Positions 1 through 11,670 of a stretch of 64,000 nucleotides of DNA are shown in pieces (position 1 is the first letter of the stretch; each line of letters opens with the position of its first letter). The notes beneath the pieces are model-generated. The model did no database searches. It saw nothing but the letters and a program-made list of their open reading frames with translations, and had not been told where the DNA came from. The stretch is taken from NCBI RefSeq assembly GCF_009914755.1, contig NC_060927.1; one strand, given 5' to 3'. The DNA is from the human T2T-CHM13v2.0 reference genome, Homo sapiens. A program made the position numbers and the translations under genes.

Positions 1-929
1 ACAAGAAGAGTGGGGAGGGACAGGAAAACTTACCTGCCTTCTGCTGCTTTTTGTTCCAATCCAATCTTCCGTGATTTGTCCCCTTGGCAGAACCTAACAA
101 AAAGCCAGAGGGCAAGAGAGCTGAGAATCAGCTCCAATACAGAGCAGATGAAGGGAAGTATGGGAACGTGAATCTAAAAGCAAACAAGCAGATATTTGGC
201 ACAGGCTCAAGAGATACGAGACAGCCCAAATGGAGCAGCCCTCTTAGGAGTGGCCCTGGAGCAAGGTAGACAGAGATCTTCCCAGCACACAGAACCTGAA
301 GAACTCATTCCACTACCAGCTTGTGGAGGCCTTGGCCATCCTAGGCCACAGGGGGTGATGGCTGCCGTATACTGGTGGCACAGTACGCCATTAGAAATGG
401 TATGCTGTTCGGGGTGGGAGTTTGCCTCTCAGCTAGCCAATTCTCCACCTTTCTACAGTGAGTTGGGGGTGGCTGAATGTCTTATTTAGTCACATCCTGA
501 CCTGAATGAAGGGAATTCCCTTCATTCACATGGAGAACCTGAGTGCTGGAAGTTTGCTGCTGTTCTAAGTGAAGGCAGCTTTGGGTTGTCTTTGGGAAAG
601 GGGACAAGAGTGCTTCGATGGTACAAATAAAAGTTGTATTACATTAAGGAAAGCGTATATAAAAAAGGAGAGTGTGTGCTAGCCAGCTAGGGGCTGGGCT
701 GTGGTTGCTATTGTTTTGGGCTGTTAGCATGGTTTTCTTCCCTCCTCCACATGCTCCGGAGCTTTAACAGGGACCCCACACTGGTAAGACACTTGGCTTG
801 GAAAGCACTTTACACAGTGCACATGGCTCAAACCGCCAGTCTCCCATGATCTTTGTCCACACACTCTTCAGGAGTGTGGATTATAGTGGAATGCCTGTGG
901 ACCAGACAGCCAATGGGTTGGATGAAGTG

Positions 930-1345
930 GACAGCTGTTGTTTTTGTCTGCCCATCATCCCTTCCTGTGGGAACTAACCTCCACCCTCCATGCGGTTCTG
1001 GAAAGGGCTCAAATCACAGGCACCCATACCTTGTCTCTAGAGGAGTCCATGTGACCTCAGGTAGGCCAATCTGATACTCTTTTCCAGGAATTTGAATTGG
1101 GGACAGACACAACAAAGCCAGGAAAAAGCTGACCATGGCTCATCTGGTGGCAGTGCCCTGAAGCTAGTTTATCTGGTGGCAGAGCCCTGGAGAGGCAGGG
1201 GTTTCTCACCAGAATCTCTAGCACTGCCCTGCTCCCTTCCTTCCTGAGGCCTGGGTGGTCAGCTATGTGCACTCCCCAGTGTTCCTCCTACAAACCTTTT
1301 CTTCCTTCATGAGAGTTTTCTGTTCCTGATAACCAAAAACCTCTG
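930..1345 (+). mobile_element. Old ERVL/MaLR-type LTR remnant (LTR16/LTR33-like)
   Basis: Contains GGCCAATC..ACTCT..CCAGGAATTTGAA and a terminal TTTCTGTTCC..AACCAAAA, typical of these LTRs; highly diverged, family uncertain. Confidence 0.4.
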
Positions 1346-1842
1346 AAACAATAATTAACATGATTTAAAGACTTAGCCATCACCACAAAGTTTAAGAGTT
1401 GAAGTTGGATCTCCCTTGCTGGGGTTATTTAGGACAGAGATACTGTAAGTTCACACACATCACCAAGGTTCTGGGACAAGATGTGTTACACAGAAGCCCA
1501 TGGACTCTATATGCTTTTGAAAAACAGAAAGGTGGAAGAAAACATTTCATAACCTGGGTTATATAAGTATTTTCTTACAAGATATGGCTTCAAAGTAACA
1601 CATGAATTTTCTTTTTAATTTATCTAATATGATAAAAAAGTAATATACTAAGGGTGCTTCAGGATAAACTTATACTCTTGCCTTCTGCCTGCTGCATTTT
1701 ATGAAAAGGGTAATGTTTTTTCTTATCTTGTTTATTAGTGTTATGAATATTTTACTGTTAATTTAGGAATACCCTGTTGCTGAAAGATAACTGTTGGACA
1801 TGCACAGATGTGTACGATCCTAAACACTGTGCTTACAAATAA

Positions 1843-1848
1843 TTTATT
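1843..1848 (-). terminator. Candidate distal polyadenylation signal of PAQR9
   Basis: Minus strand reads TGTATGAAATAAG-AATAAA-TTATTTGTAAGCACAGTGTTT: upstream UGUA, hexamer, then CA and a GU-rich downstream element. Confidence 0.5.
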
Positions 1849-2680
1849 CTTATTTCATACATTTGTTTTTCAGCAAAAATGCATAGTCATATTATTTACA
1901 CAGAATTTCATATTCAAGACTGTAGGGAACAAATGTCTCAGGAAACCAAAATCATAGCAAATCATACAACAGAAATGTGTCACATTTTTTTTTCAGCTAC
2001 ATGCACAGAACTGGCCAAAGTGATACCTATTTCTATAGATTATTTTATCACATAATGGAGAATTAAGATTAAGTAACGCTTTTCTGTTAGAATACACTAT
2101 TGATTTGAAACCACATGTTAGTCCATGCCTGGAAGCTCACGTATCCTGAGAATGCCTCTCTTGCTAGCTAAATACAGTTCTTTAGGGTGTAGGTAAGGAC
2201 TGGAGTAAGGGTAGCCTAAAAAGAATGAATCTGGCAAGCAATGGGAAAAATTTCTTTGTGCGCGCATCATTTTTACTCCCTTCTTTCTCCGTCATCACCC
2301 TTAAATGAACTTAAAAACAAAAACAAAAAACAGACACATGAAGGTCTCTATTTGATCACTGTTAACTCTTCCCTCTGCCTCTGACCTGAGGAAAAAATGA
2401 GTATGCCCCTTCAAGTATAATGCCCTTTACTGCAAAAGGGGACCTGCTGGTTGTACATTCTTGCAAATCCAAGAACAGTCACCGTATTTAAAACCTTTGT
2501 TTGGAAATGGGTGAACCTCATAAGGCAGATGGTTGGAGAAGGCCTAAATACACATGGAATCCTTTTAGAAATCTTTTCTCTTCAAGCTGGATATGTGGAA
2601 AGTGAAGTTTCAAGGGTAGTGAAAATGGCCTGGGAGATGGCTGAAATGAAGAGAGTTCAGAGCGACCACATGGTCTATAC

Positions 2681-2685
<5 letters not shown>

Positions 2686-2719
<34 letters not shown>
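2686..2719. repeat. (A)34 mononucleotide tract
   Basis: Seen directly; not attached to an Alu or L1 body. Confidence 0.95.
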
Positions 2720-2720
<1 letters not shown>

Positions 2721-5700
2721 CAGCCACAGAATCCTCCCCCAGCCCTGAAACACAGAAAGCCTTTTTCTGGTCCATATAGTGATGGCATGGGGCTTATTCT
2801 TCTTTCTATTCTGAAGAAACAAGGGACAGAGTTCCAGGGCTGTACATTTTATTGGCTACGTTATTCACCATGCTTATAAACTCATCAAAGTGAAAGGTGC
2901 CTCACCTCTTTATTGCCTTGGTACTCAGTTGATTGGCGAGAATAATTTTGTTCATAGCCTCCAGAAAAGAAAACTAGCCTGTTTGAAAAGTAGACCTTCT
3001 GTGCTAGGTTTTGCTGGAAGAGGGAATTTAATAAAGTTTCTAACCAGAATTTTTAAAAAGACTTTTAAATTTAGCCATGAGACACACCTAAAACCTATCT
3101 CATGTGTTTTCTTCTTTTTTAAAAAATGATTTGTATCCTTCTTTAAACTATACATTATTTACATTTTTAAAGACCTACTAGGTCTTTATCATTTGAGTAA
3201 GAGCTCAAGGTGATTAAACTCACCGGATAAAGATGAGTCTTTCCAAAAAGCTCTGGTTCTCACTTATGTGCTAAGGCCTGTTTTTACAAACAAATGTCTA
3301 TTAGAAACTTTACAAATATAAAATTAAAATACTTTTTTAAAAAATTTTCCCAGGAATTTTATTTTTTGCATCCAGCATATTAAAAACAGATTATGCTTTC
3401 CAACTAGAGATGGAACTAAGAAGAAATGAAATTGTGTCCCCATGCTTTATCTAGAAACAAGAGTTTATTTACACAGTGTCCTTCTTCAATATCATGGTGT
3501 ACTGGGAGAAGCAGGGCCATCTTTACAGCACGGCCAAATGACCACCTGAAGACCCCCCATTCTGCCTTGAGTGCTTATTGCGTATTTTGGGTGGAGGTAT
3601 AAGGCATGAGGGAAAGGTGGCCTGTCACTTTTACACATTGGAGAATAATTTTGCACATTCAAGAAATTTTCCTTGAGAAATGCCATGTTTGGAATAGCTT
3701 CCAGAGATTGATTGAGAACAAAAGCATTAAAGCAAGTGCATTACATTTAGAAGCACAATACATTGGGAAACATTCTCAAAAGCTCAAAGAGCAGGCTGTT
3801 TTTCCACTGAGCTAAATAGTAAATAAGTGTGCATACTGTTGCATATAGGTATATGTTCAGAGCTTTCAAAAGTCACATCCTGCCACAATTAACAGCTAAA
3901 TGAGCATTCTTGGCCCCTGACCTATAAATAAACACTCTAATTCTGCAACTTGCTCACAGATTCTTAAGGAGCCACTCTAGAACAAAAATGCCTACAAACT
4001 GGTTAGAAATCTGCAAACCAGAAATGCAATACAGTTATCCTTTTTTAAATGACAACAACAGAAATTTATATTAGCTTTTGGAAGAGTGACTAAGAAGAAC
4101 TGACATCCATTTTCACAATTAAGAAATAATTATTCACAATACCGAAGAAGCCAAATCTTCAATAAGAAAACGTGTGGCCTCTCACAAAAGAACACAGTAG
4201 TGCTCAGCTCCAACCACTGAATGCTTCCTTTTTCAGTTTGTCTAGGCTTGTTCGCTTTTTGTCAGGTGATATATGTCAGAGAATATTGACAATCCTTCAA
4301 GAAAATGATTCAAAAGGTGATGTACAATTGGCTGGTGCTATCCCGTAATGCCTTTTTGCCTCTGTCCTAATTTTATGGAAACAAAGTAAGGGCTTTAAGC
4401 CAGGAGATAAATGTACCACTCAAAATATACCTGGACACTCGTGCTCAGGTCAAACGCTACAAGATGTGGTTAAGCTGACAAACAGAATTCCTTGCCTGTC
4501 TACTCGAACACTAACACCCTGGGAGTTCACATGCTTTTCTAAGGACAAAATTTAAAACTCAGGCTGACTGCACAGTTGAACTTGCTGCCCCATTCTGACT
4601 GTTTGACTCTAATCCTCTTTGTTCTCCCCTTCCCATGCATTCTTCCTATCTTTTTTACCTCTGACACTTTTTAATGATTTCCTCCAGATTAATGTTTTCT
4701 AAGACATGTTTCATAAGTTACAACACAAAGATCCTAAAAGGCTAGAGAGCATTAGTTAATCTCAGTTAATTTTGGAGATCTAGCCATTTACCTTCTTATG
4801 TATGTGATTGGTTTGTTTGTTTGTTTTATTACACTATAAAATTCAGACACTTAAAGACATCTCAATTTAGGCACTTTGGATGATCCACTCTTCATAATAG
4901 TATGAATACTATCAATCTTCCAATAGTTATCGTTATTAGTGTTTTCATAATATTAGTGATAAGTTTTTCAATTCTGTACATATGCCGACTATCCCCTCAC
5001 TTGGATTGTACATTACATTTTCAAGTTATTTTTAACAATAGGCCTAGGAGCACACAGAAAAAGAAAAAAGAAAGAAATTGATTGCTGAGGAAGTCAGCAT
5101 GTGAATAGAAATAAGATTCTATGGATTGCACTTATGCTAGCAAAAAAAGAGACCCAAACTCAGGGACTTACGGCATTCTACCTACAGCCAAGGTCAGAGT
5201 TTGGTTCCTGGCCAGAGAGACTTTCTGGGGCTTCTCTCTTCCACCAGAAGACAAAAGGGTAATGGCTGTAATAATACGGATGGGTCCTTGCCCAATGTCT
5301 TACACACAGTAGGTGCTCAAAGATCATGAAAGGTATGATACGAGTGCATGAATGAACAGCTCAAAGATTGCTGACAGAGTGAAGTCAGCAGTGGTAAACT
5401 TCAACAGTTGAAGAACAAGATGGTAACAACCATTTTAAGTGGCTGATAACATTTTGTTTGAGATATTTTGATCTAATTTCAAAGACAGCCCTATCTCACT
5501 TTGCTCAATTTTAAAGTTAGTCAATTAAGGGACTGTATCTATATCTCTTTTTCCAATTAGTGTCTGTGTGCTTGGCCAGGCATCATAGCCATGCAAACTA
5601 GTAAACACAGTTGAGCAGACAATGGTCTCCGCATTCTAATGCCAGTTTGAAAACTTAATCCTGTCACCTTGGACCAACTATAAAGCTTTGAAATGGAGAT

Positions 5701-7616
5701 AACTCCCACCATACCTGTCTCCTATTATAGCTTTGTGCAGATTAACTAATTAAAGTTATGAAGAGATTTAAAGATAAAAATTCCTGTTTATTATTGCTGT
5801 TAGTCCTCAGAGTTGGCACCAAATCAGGAAAAAATGATATAAATCACCTCTGTCCCAAAATTTTGCATTCTTAGAAATGATTCCTATGAAGTATCACTAT
5901 AAATTAGGCTAAATTGTTTTTTGACTGCAAGCACTTACAAGCTGGATTTATGAATGGAAACATATGAAGGCCACTCTGTCCAGCTCTGTAGCCCCATACT
6001 TTCTCCCTGGGCTATTTATAGAAAGTGTATGGCTAGTGGAAAAGTTCACATTTATTTTTACAAGCCAGTCATGACATGACCGAGGAACTCATTTCCTCTC
6101 TCTGGGAAGGTCATCCTCTTCACCTGAGCTGCAAGAACGGCAGGGAAGAAAGGAACCCCATTAGCCAACTAAGTCAGTCTGAGTCAGCCCCAGAGACCAA
6201 CCCACGGGGTGACAGGCACCGAAGTCAAACACCTTCATTTTCCAGGCATGACTCTATGGCGCCGCTCCTTGAGATGTCATCCAGATCATGACTAACAAGT
6301 AAAAATGAAACATATTACATAATATGCTTCAAAATTCTACTGCCAAAATAGGTTGTACATAGATAATGGACTGAATTCTTATTTATAATTTGTCCTACAT
6401 TTCAAACAGCTGAACACAATAAAGTAAAACTGAATTTTAATGTGGCAAAATGGAAAGTGTGAAAAATATTTTAAAATATATATTGTTCTGATTGCCACAT
6501 TACCTTGAAATGTGTAATAAACCTGGATAGTTCCGTGCAAATGGGGAGATTCAAAGTAAATATTCACTTCTAAAACATCAAGAAATTTAATAAATTCAGC
6601 AAATAAACTGTATAGTTTAACAAATCATCCCTGGCTTTGACTAGTGTATATGGTACCTATTTGCAAACATGAAGTGAAGCCAAACCAGTTTTCAACTAGA
6701 ATGTCCTCTTGTCATTATTATATGTGGTCTACAAAATCTAAGATGGAATAGGAAAGAACAGTGGACGAAGGAAAAGGCAAAGGGAAGAGGAAAGTGAATC
6801 CTCATTCTCTCTGGGACATACTGGGTGCTGAAACCTGTGTGGCAAAAAGTGTGTCATCTCACTGTACTCATGCAGCATAATCACCTGAAAAATGATATGG
6901 GTATAATTTTATCCTTAAGTGGCCTCTCCTTAAGGTCAAAGACAAAGGACAAGAAGAGAATTCTGTCTGTGGACCTGGAAGAACAACAAAAAATTAAAAT
7001 GACAAATTTGGTGTTTTAGTTATTGTTCTCAAACTCATTAATCCTTGCTAGAAGTCTTCCTCCTGAAAGTTCCTTCTGAAATTGAGGTCCCATTTTACAA
7101 AGAAACTACATAATACGCTTCACCCTGTTTCTCTAGCTTCCAAACCAATGTTCTTTGGGGCTCTAGAAAAAACAACAATGACATGCAAATAAATTTGCAT
7201 GTGGAAATATCCTGATTTCCACAGTTGTCCTTGAATGCATCTATTGAATTAAGTTACAGCTGAGGAATAACATCTGTGGTAAGTACAAATTAGCCTCTGT
7301 AACCTAACAGGAATCTCCTTGCACTTCACAAAGGATGAGACACTGACACTCGTCAACAACTGTGCAAAGTGTATTTACAATCTCAGTAAGAGATTCTAAA
7401 TTAAATATAGACATATATAAATTTAACTTCTATGTGCAAAGTAACACACACAAGGATACCGGTTCCTCCAGGGAATTGTGCTGAGCTTCTCTGTTTACAG
7501 AGAAGTGATTAAAAGCATAAACAAAACCAGCAATTGTTTTAGAAGTGCCAGCCTACCAGTGCTGAGGTAAGTGTTCATCTACCTCATATGCATGATCTAA
7601 GTTATATCATAAAATC

Positions 7617-7824
7617 AAGATGCACCTGTGGGACATGATCATCCTGCCCAAGACCTTCAACTAGGCAGTGGAGATCAAGCCCAAGATAAGCCACCACTAC
7701 CTGGGCAAGCTCTCCATCACCTACAAGCCAGTGAAGTACAGCTGGCTGGGTATGAGGGCCACCCACTCCTCCTGCTGAGCCAGTAAAGGCACACATGTCT
7801 CCAAACAAAACAAAACAAAAAAAA
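7617..7824 (+). pseudogene. 5'-truncated processed pseudogene of ribosomal protein S15 (RPS15/uS19)
   Basis: Translates [52 protein letters not shown], matching RPS15 [52 protein letters not shown]; in-frame TAG at 7662; degenerate polyA signal AGTAAA at 7782-7787; A-rich tail 7803-7824. Confidence 0.9.
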
Positions 7825-8497
7825 CTCCCAATCAATGACTTATTTGGCTTCTAACAAAATGACCTACCAGGAAGTGTGGTAAGTATTTAAACAAGTCATC
7901 TCAGTGGTTTGTGTTAATCTAGAGTGGCCATCTCAATTACAGGTTAGCATTTGTAAGAAATGTCTAAATAACATTGGCTAATCTGTTTGTTAGAAAGGAT
8001 CTCAGGGACATGCTCATGAATGTTTCAAGGATTTAGGGTGACTGCCCATCATTTCCATAGTCTGGAACCAAATCAAACTTCAGCGTTTAACTAGGCAAGT
8101 GTAATCTTATTTAACTCAAAATTTTCAGTGACAACTCAATAATGTGCTCCTGCCTTTCATAATAAAACTGCCTTGTTTATTCTTGGATATTATGTTTTTA
8201 ATTTTAAGCAAGGATGGATGGCATCAGTCTAGAACTTCTCCCATGGCTGCATTAGAAACACATCTACATTAGAGGGTTGGCTCTTTGTCCTTGTTGGGAA
8301 CCCAAATGCTCTGCACGCTCCTGTAAGCTATCTCCAATCCCACCAAAAACTTGAAACCAACACCATCTTCTGCCCTCCTGGATGGACCATGAAACCTTGA
8401 TTTTCAGTCAGGTAAGAAAAGCTTATTCTTACTACTCTCCCCATGTAAGAAACTGTGTTTGAGGACCAGTCATTTGGACTTTGCTTCAAAAGGCACA

Positions 8498-8503
8498 TTT
8501 ATT
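8498..8503 (-). terminator. Candidate proximal polyadenylation signal of PAQR9
   Basis: AATAAA on the minus strand about 940 nt after the stop codon, preceded by U-rich sequence. Confidence 0.55.
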
Positions 8504-9444
8504 CCAGTGGCAATTTAAATAAGTAGAGAAGGAAAAAAAAAGATTAAAAACAAAACAAACTAACAAAAACCAGGATGGGTTTTGTGGAATACATTAAAGT
8601 AAACAAAAATCTGGGGTCTATACAAACCACTCGAGCTCCTCACCAATAGTTTAACCAGAGTCCCTAAGGTAGAATTCACAGTTGTATCATGACACACGCC
8701 TTCAGAAAACACTGTTTAAGAAAGTAATTGAGAACTCTCAAGCAGCTTCCCCTGATGTCCAGTTCAAGTGTATGCAATGCAGAAGGCTGTGAAATTCAAA
8801 ACTATGTGACAAAGAAAATTCAGTGCGTACCACAGGCTTTGATAAATTATGAAAAATCAATGTATATATTACTATTTAAATAACATCTGAAAAACATTTT
8901 GAAATAATTAACTTGTGTTCACATTCCATGCATTTTCTAGCAGGTTAAGCCCTGGGTTTGCGTCTTTGTGCCTGTTTCCTACAAAGCTCCATTCTTTTGA
9001 CAAATCCAAGCATTCCTCAGACTGAAACAGAAGTTCCCAAGGATTCTATTTACCCTCTTTACTGTGTACCTGACCTCACAGGGGCTACTCCTTATTACCA
9101 ATGGCACAGATGATTGGAAAAGCAAACTCTTTGGGGCTTTATTTGGGATTTTACTCACTGCCTTTGAGAAATCCCTGGATGTCAAAGACATCACCTGAAT
9201 TTTTTCCAGGGGCAAGAACAAGTGACTATCTCCCTCCCGCTTGACCACCCCTGCCAACCTCCCTACTTCAAAGCCTCCAGTGGGTTGGGATCCCTTTGTA
9301 GCAGTGAACTTTTTCCCTATGGTTTTGCAGCACCTTCCTTGAGCAAAGAAGAAAACACAATGAAATTTGAAAACAAACCAACAATAGCAACAACAGAAAC
9401 TCCAAACAGATGGGCGAACCAGTAGTCTCCTCCAAGGCGGAGGC

Positions 9445-10578
9445 TCACTTTTTACTGCAGAATTCGGAGCTGTTTAGGAACTTCCTGATTACCAGCCCCA
9501 GGCAGACCACCAGCAGCAGCATGTAGCCCACAGTACCCGAGAAAGTGGGTGCGGCAGGCGGCGCCTGGAGGAACTGGCGCAGGCCCTCTTCTACGTAGTA
9601 CACCTGGTCGTAGATGCTGAGGAAGGTGAAGATGTGGAAGAGCTGGTGGCTGTGGCCGATAATGTCGAAAAGACCCGGCTGGATGCGCTCGGGGATCTTG
9701 CTCACGTTGAAGAAGGCGGCCACCACCAGCCAGAAGTAGCGGCGGTAGAAGTGCACGAAGAGTGTGGGGTTCTCCCCACGCAGGTCGAAGAGCCAGCTCT
9801 CGAGCATAATGGGGCAGGCCATGCTGAGCGGCATGACGAAGACGAAGGTGCGCAGCGCGAACGGGTAGGTACACCAGTCGGTACGGCTCTTGCAGCAGGC
9901 CACAGTGCAAGCCACCGCCAGCACGAAGGCCACAGGCAGCACCAGGGCGCGGTAGGCGGCGATAAGGCGCGTGCAGTCCACGTGCCAGCCCAGGCGCTGC
10001 TGCAAGTATGGAGTCATGACTCTGGCATCCAGCAAGCTGAGGCCTGGCAACAGGTAGTAGTAGTAGGCCACCGTGCTGCCGAAGCCGTAGTAGCTGATGG
10101 ACGCGTAGTCCAGGTAGAAGAAGGCGGCGCGCAGACGCAGCGACAGGCAGCTGAACACGTGCGCCGTGCAGCTCATGGCGAAGGTCAGCAGCACTCCCGA
10201 CGCGTAGCACCACAACGGTAGCAGCCACGGGTGGTGGAAGGGCACGTCGCCGCCGCTCAGGAAGAACAGACGGCAGAACTTGCTCAGGAACAGCAGCAGC
10301 GGGATGAAGTGCGTCCAGAAGTTGAGCGTCTCGTTGGTAGGCTTCAGCACCGAGGCTAGGCACTCCTGGGCCGTGCACGGCAGACGCCGGTAGCCCGACA
10401 GGATGAAGCACTCCACGAAGTCGTCGGGCACCTCGTCCCAGCGCAGCAGCGGCTTGGCAGACGCTGGGGGGTCCCGGGAGGCGGCAGAGTGGGAGTTCCG
10501 GGCGGCCCCCGAAGCTGCCGGGGCCGGGGCCGGAGGGCCTTTTGTGCCCGCGCCCCGGGGCTGCAGGCGCCGCGGCAT
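9445..10578 (-). CDS. PAQR9: Progestin and adipoQ receptor family member 9 (mPR epsilon), 377 aa, intronless CDS
   Basis: ATG in GGCACCATGC context; multiple hydrophobic TM segments; PAQR/CREST motifs NETLNFWTH, SCTAH, LDY and PERIQPGLFDIIGHSHQLFH; sequence recognised. Confidence 0.97.
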   Translation of the reverse strand: MPRRLQPRGAGTKGPPAPAPAASGAARNSHSAASRDPPASAKPLLRWDEVPDDFVECFILSGYRRLPCTAQECLASVLKPTNETLNFWTHFIPLLLFLSKFCRLFFLSGGDVPFHHPWLLPLWCYASGVLLTFAMSCTAHVFSCLSLRLRAAFFYLDYASISYYGFGSTVAYYYYLLPGLSLLDARVMTPYLQQRLGWHVDCTRLIAAYRALVLPVAFVLAVACTVACCKSRTDWCTYPFALRTFVFVMPLSMACPIMLESWLFDLRGENPTLFVHFYRRYFWLVVAAFFNVSKIPERIQPGLFDIIGHSHQLFHIFTFLSIYDQVYYVEEGLRQFLQAPPAAPTFSGTVGYMLLLVVCLGLVIRKFLNSSEFCSKK

Positions 10579-11476
10579 GGTGCCCGGGGCTCGGCTAGGG
10601 CGCGCGCAGGCGACCTCTGGCGCCGGCTCCCGGGCGCTGGGCAGCCCCCGCCGGCCGCCGTCGGAGCCTTTGTGCCCACGCCGGGGGCGTCGCTGCAGGT
10701 TTAGGAGAAGACCCGTGCCTCCGAGCAGCCGCTCCTAAAAATTAAATAAATCAATAAGAGAATCAATTAATAGGCAGCGCTGCGACCGCCAGGAGCGCGG
10801 AGCGCGCGAGGCTCAGCGGCTTCCTCGCCAAGCCCCTGCTACCGGCGCGCGGCCGCCCGCGCTGCGGCAGCGGCGGCGGCGCGGCTGACTGCGGCGGCAG
10901 CGCGGCAGCGGTGACTGGGCATCGCGCGGTGCGGGTGCCTCCGCCGCCGCCGCCCCCGGAGCGGGAGGTGGGGATGTGCGAGCCGAGGCGCGGAGGGAGG
11001 GACGGGCGCACCGAGGAAGGGCGGGGGCCTCCCAGGCTAGGGTTTCGCGGCCGCTTCGGGGGATAGAGTTGTCCCCTGTCTCGAGTTCCGTACCATCCCC
11101 CTCCTCGGGCCGCCGCAGCCCGGGCCGCCCCGTTAATGATTGATGCGGGGGCCGCAGGCTGGTCGGCGACGCGGCGGCGCGCGCGCCGAGTACTAGAGTC
11201 GGCCCTGGGGTTCGAAACCCGACAGCCACGCGGGCGTTCTGGAGGACACTGGGGAGCCGCGTTCGCGGGGGGCGGGGAGCTGCGGCTGCGGGGGGAGGGG
11301 AGGGCGCCGGAGCCGGGCAGGGCGGAGAGATGCGCCAGCGGTAATCTCCGGAGGTCGCCGGGGAGGGGGGCACTCCGGAAGTCGGGGGGCTTTAAGCCCG
11401 CGTCCGGATCGGGGCCGTGTCATTGTCAGCTACCTGGGGATGCGCCTCTCGCTCCCTCACTGTCTTTGCGTGTGTG

Positions 11477-11510
<34 letters not shown>

Positions 11511-11670
11511 GGCCTGTCTACGCACTACACGAAGGCTTAGTTGGTCTTCTTTCGTCTAGTGGGCGCACTCAGGTGCGTCACCATTCTGCCGTTTCCCTCG
11601 CCCTTGTCCTGTCCGAAAGAACCGTCCGCAAGCTGCCCTGTGGTCGCGCTCACCAGCTCTTCGAGCCGCA
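9500..11670. promoter_or_regulatory. CpG island covering the PAQR9 CDS, 5' UTR and promoter
   Basis: Very high GC and CpG density, GC boxes (GGGGCGGGG near 11268-11277), short CGG runs at 10865-10950. Confidence 0.92.

Noticed and set aside
9445-9460. C-terminal CSKK as an ER retrieval signal
   Set aside because: Lysines are at -1/-2, not the canonical KKxx or KxKxx positions
9634-10221. 195-aa antisense ORF over PAQR9
   Set aside because: Mirror of a GC-rich hydrophobic CDS; no independent protein signature
9452-10411. 319-aa overlapping ORF in an alternative frame of PAQR9
   Set aside because: Starts at GTG and has no internal Met; an open shifted frame is expected from the very high GC3 of the real CDS
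10763-11480. Pro/Arg/Ala-rich ORFs in the CpG island
   Set aside because: Low-complexity translations of GC-rich promoter DNA, with no recognisable domain
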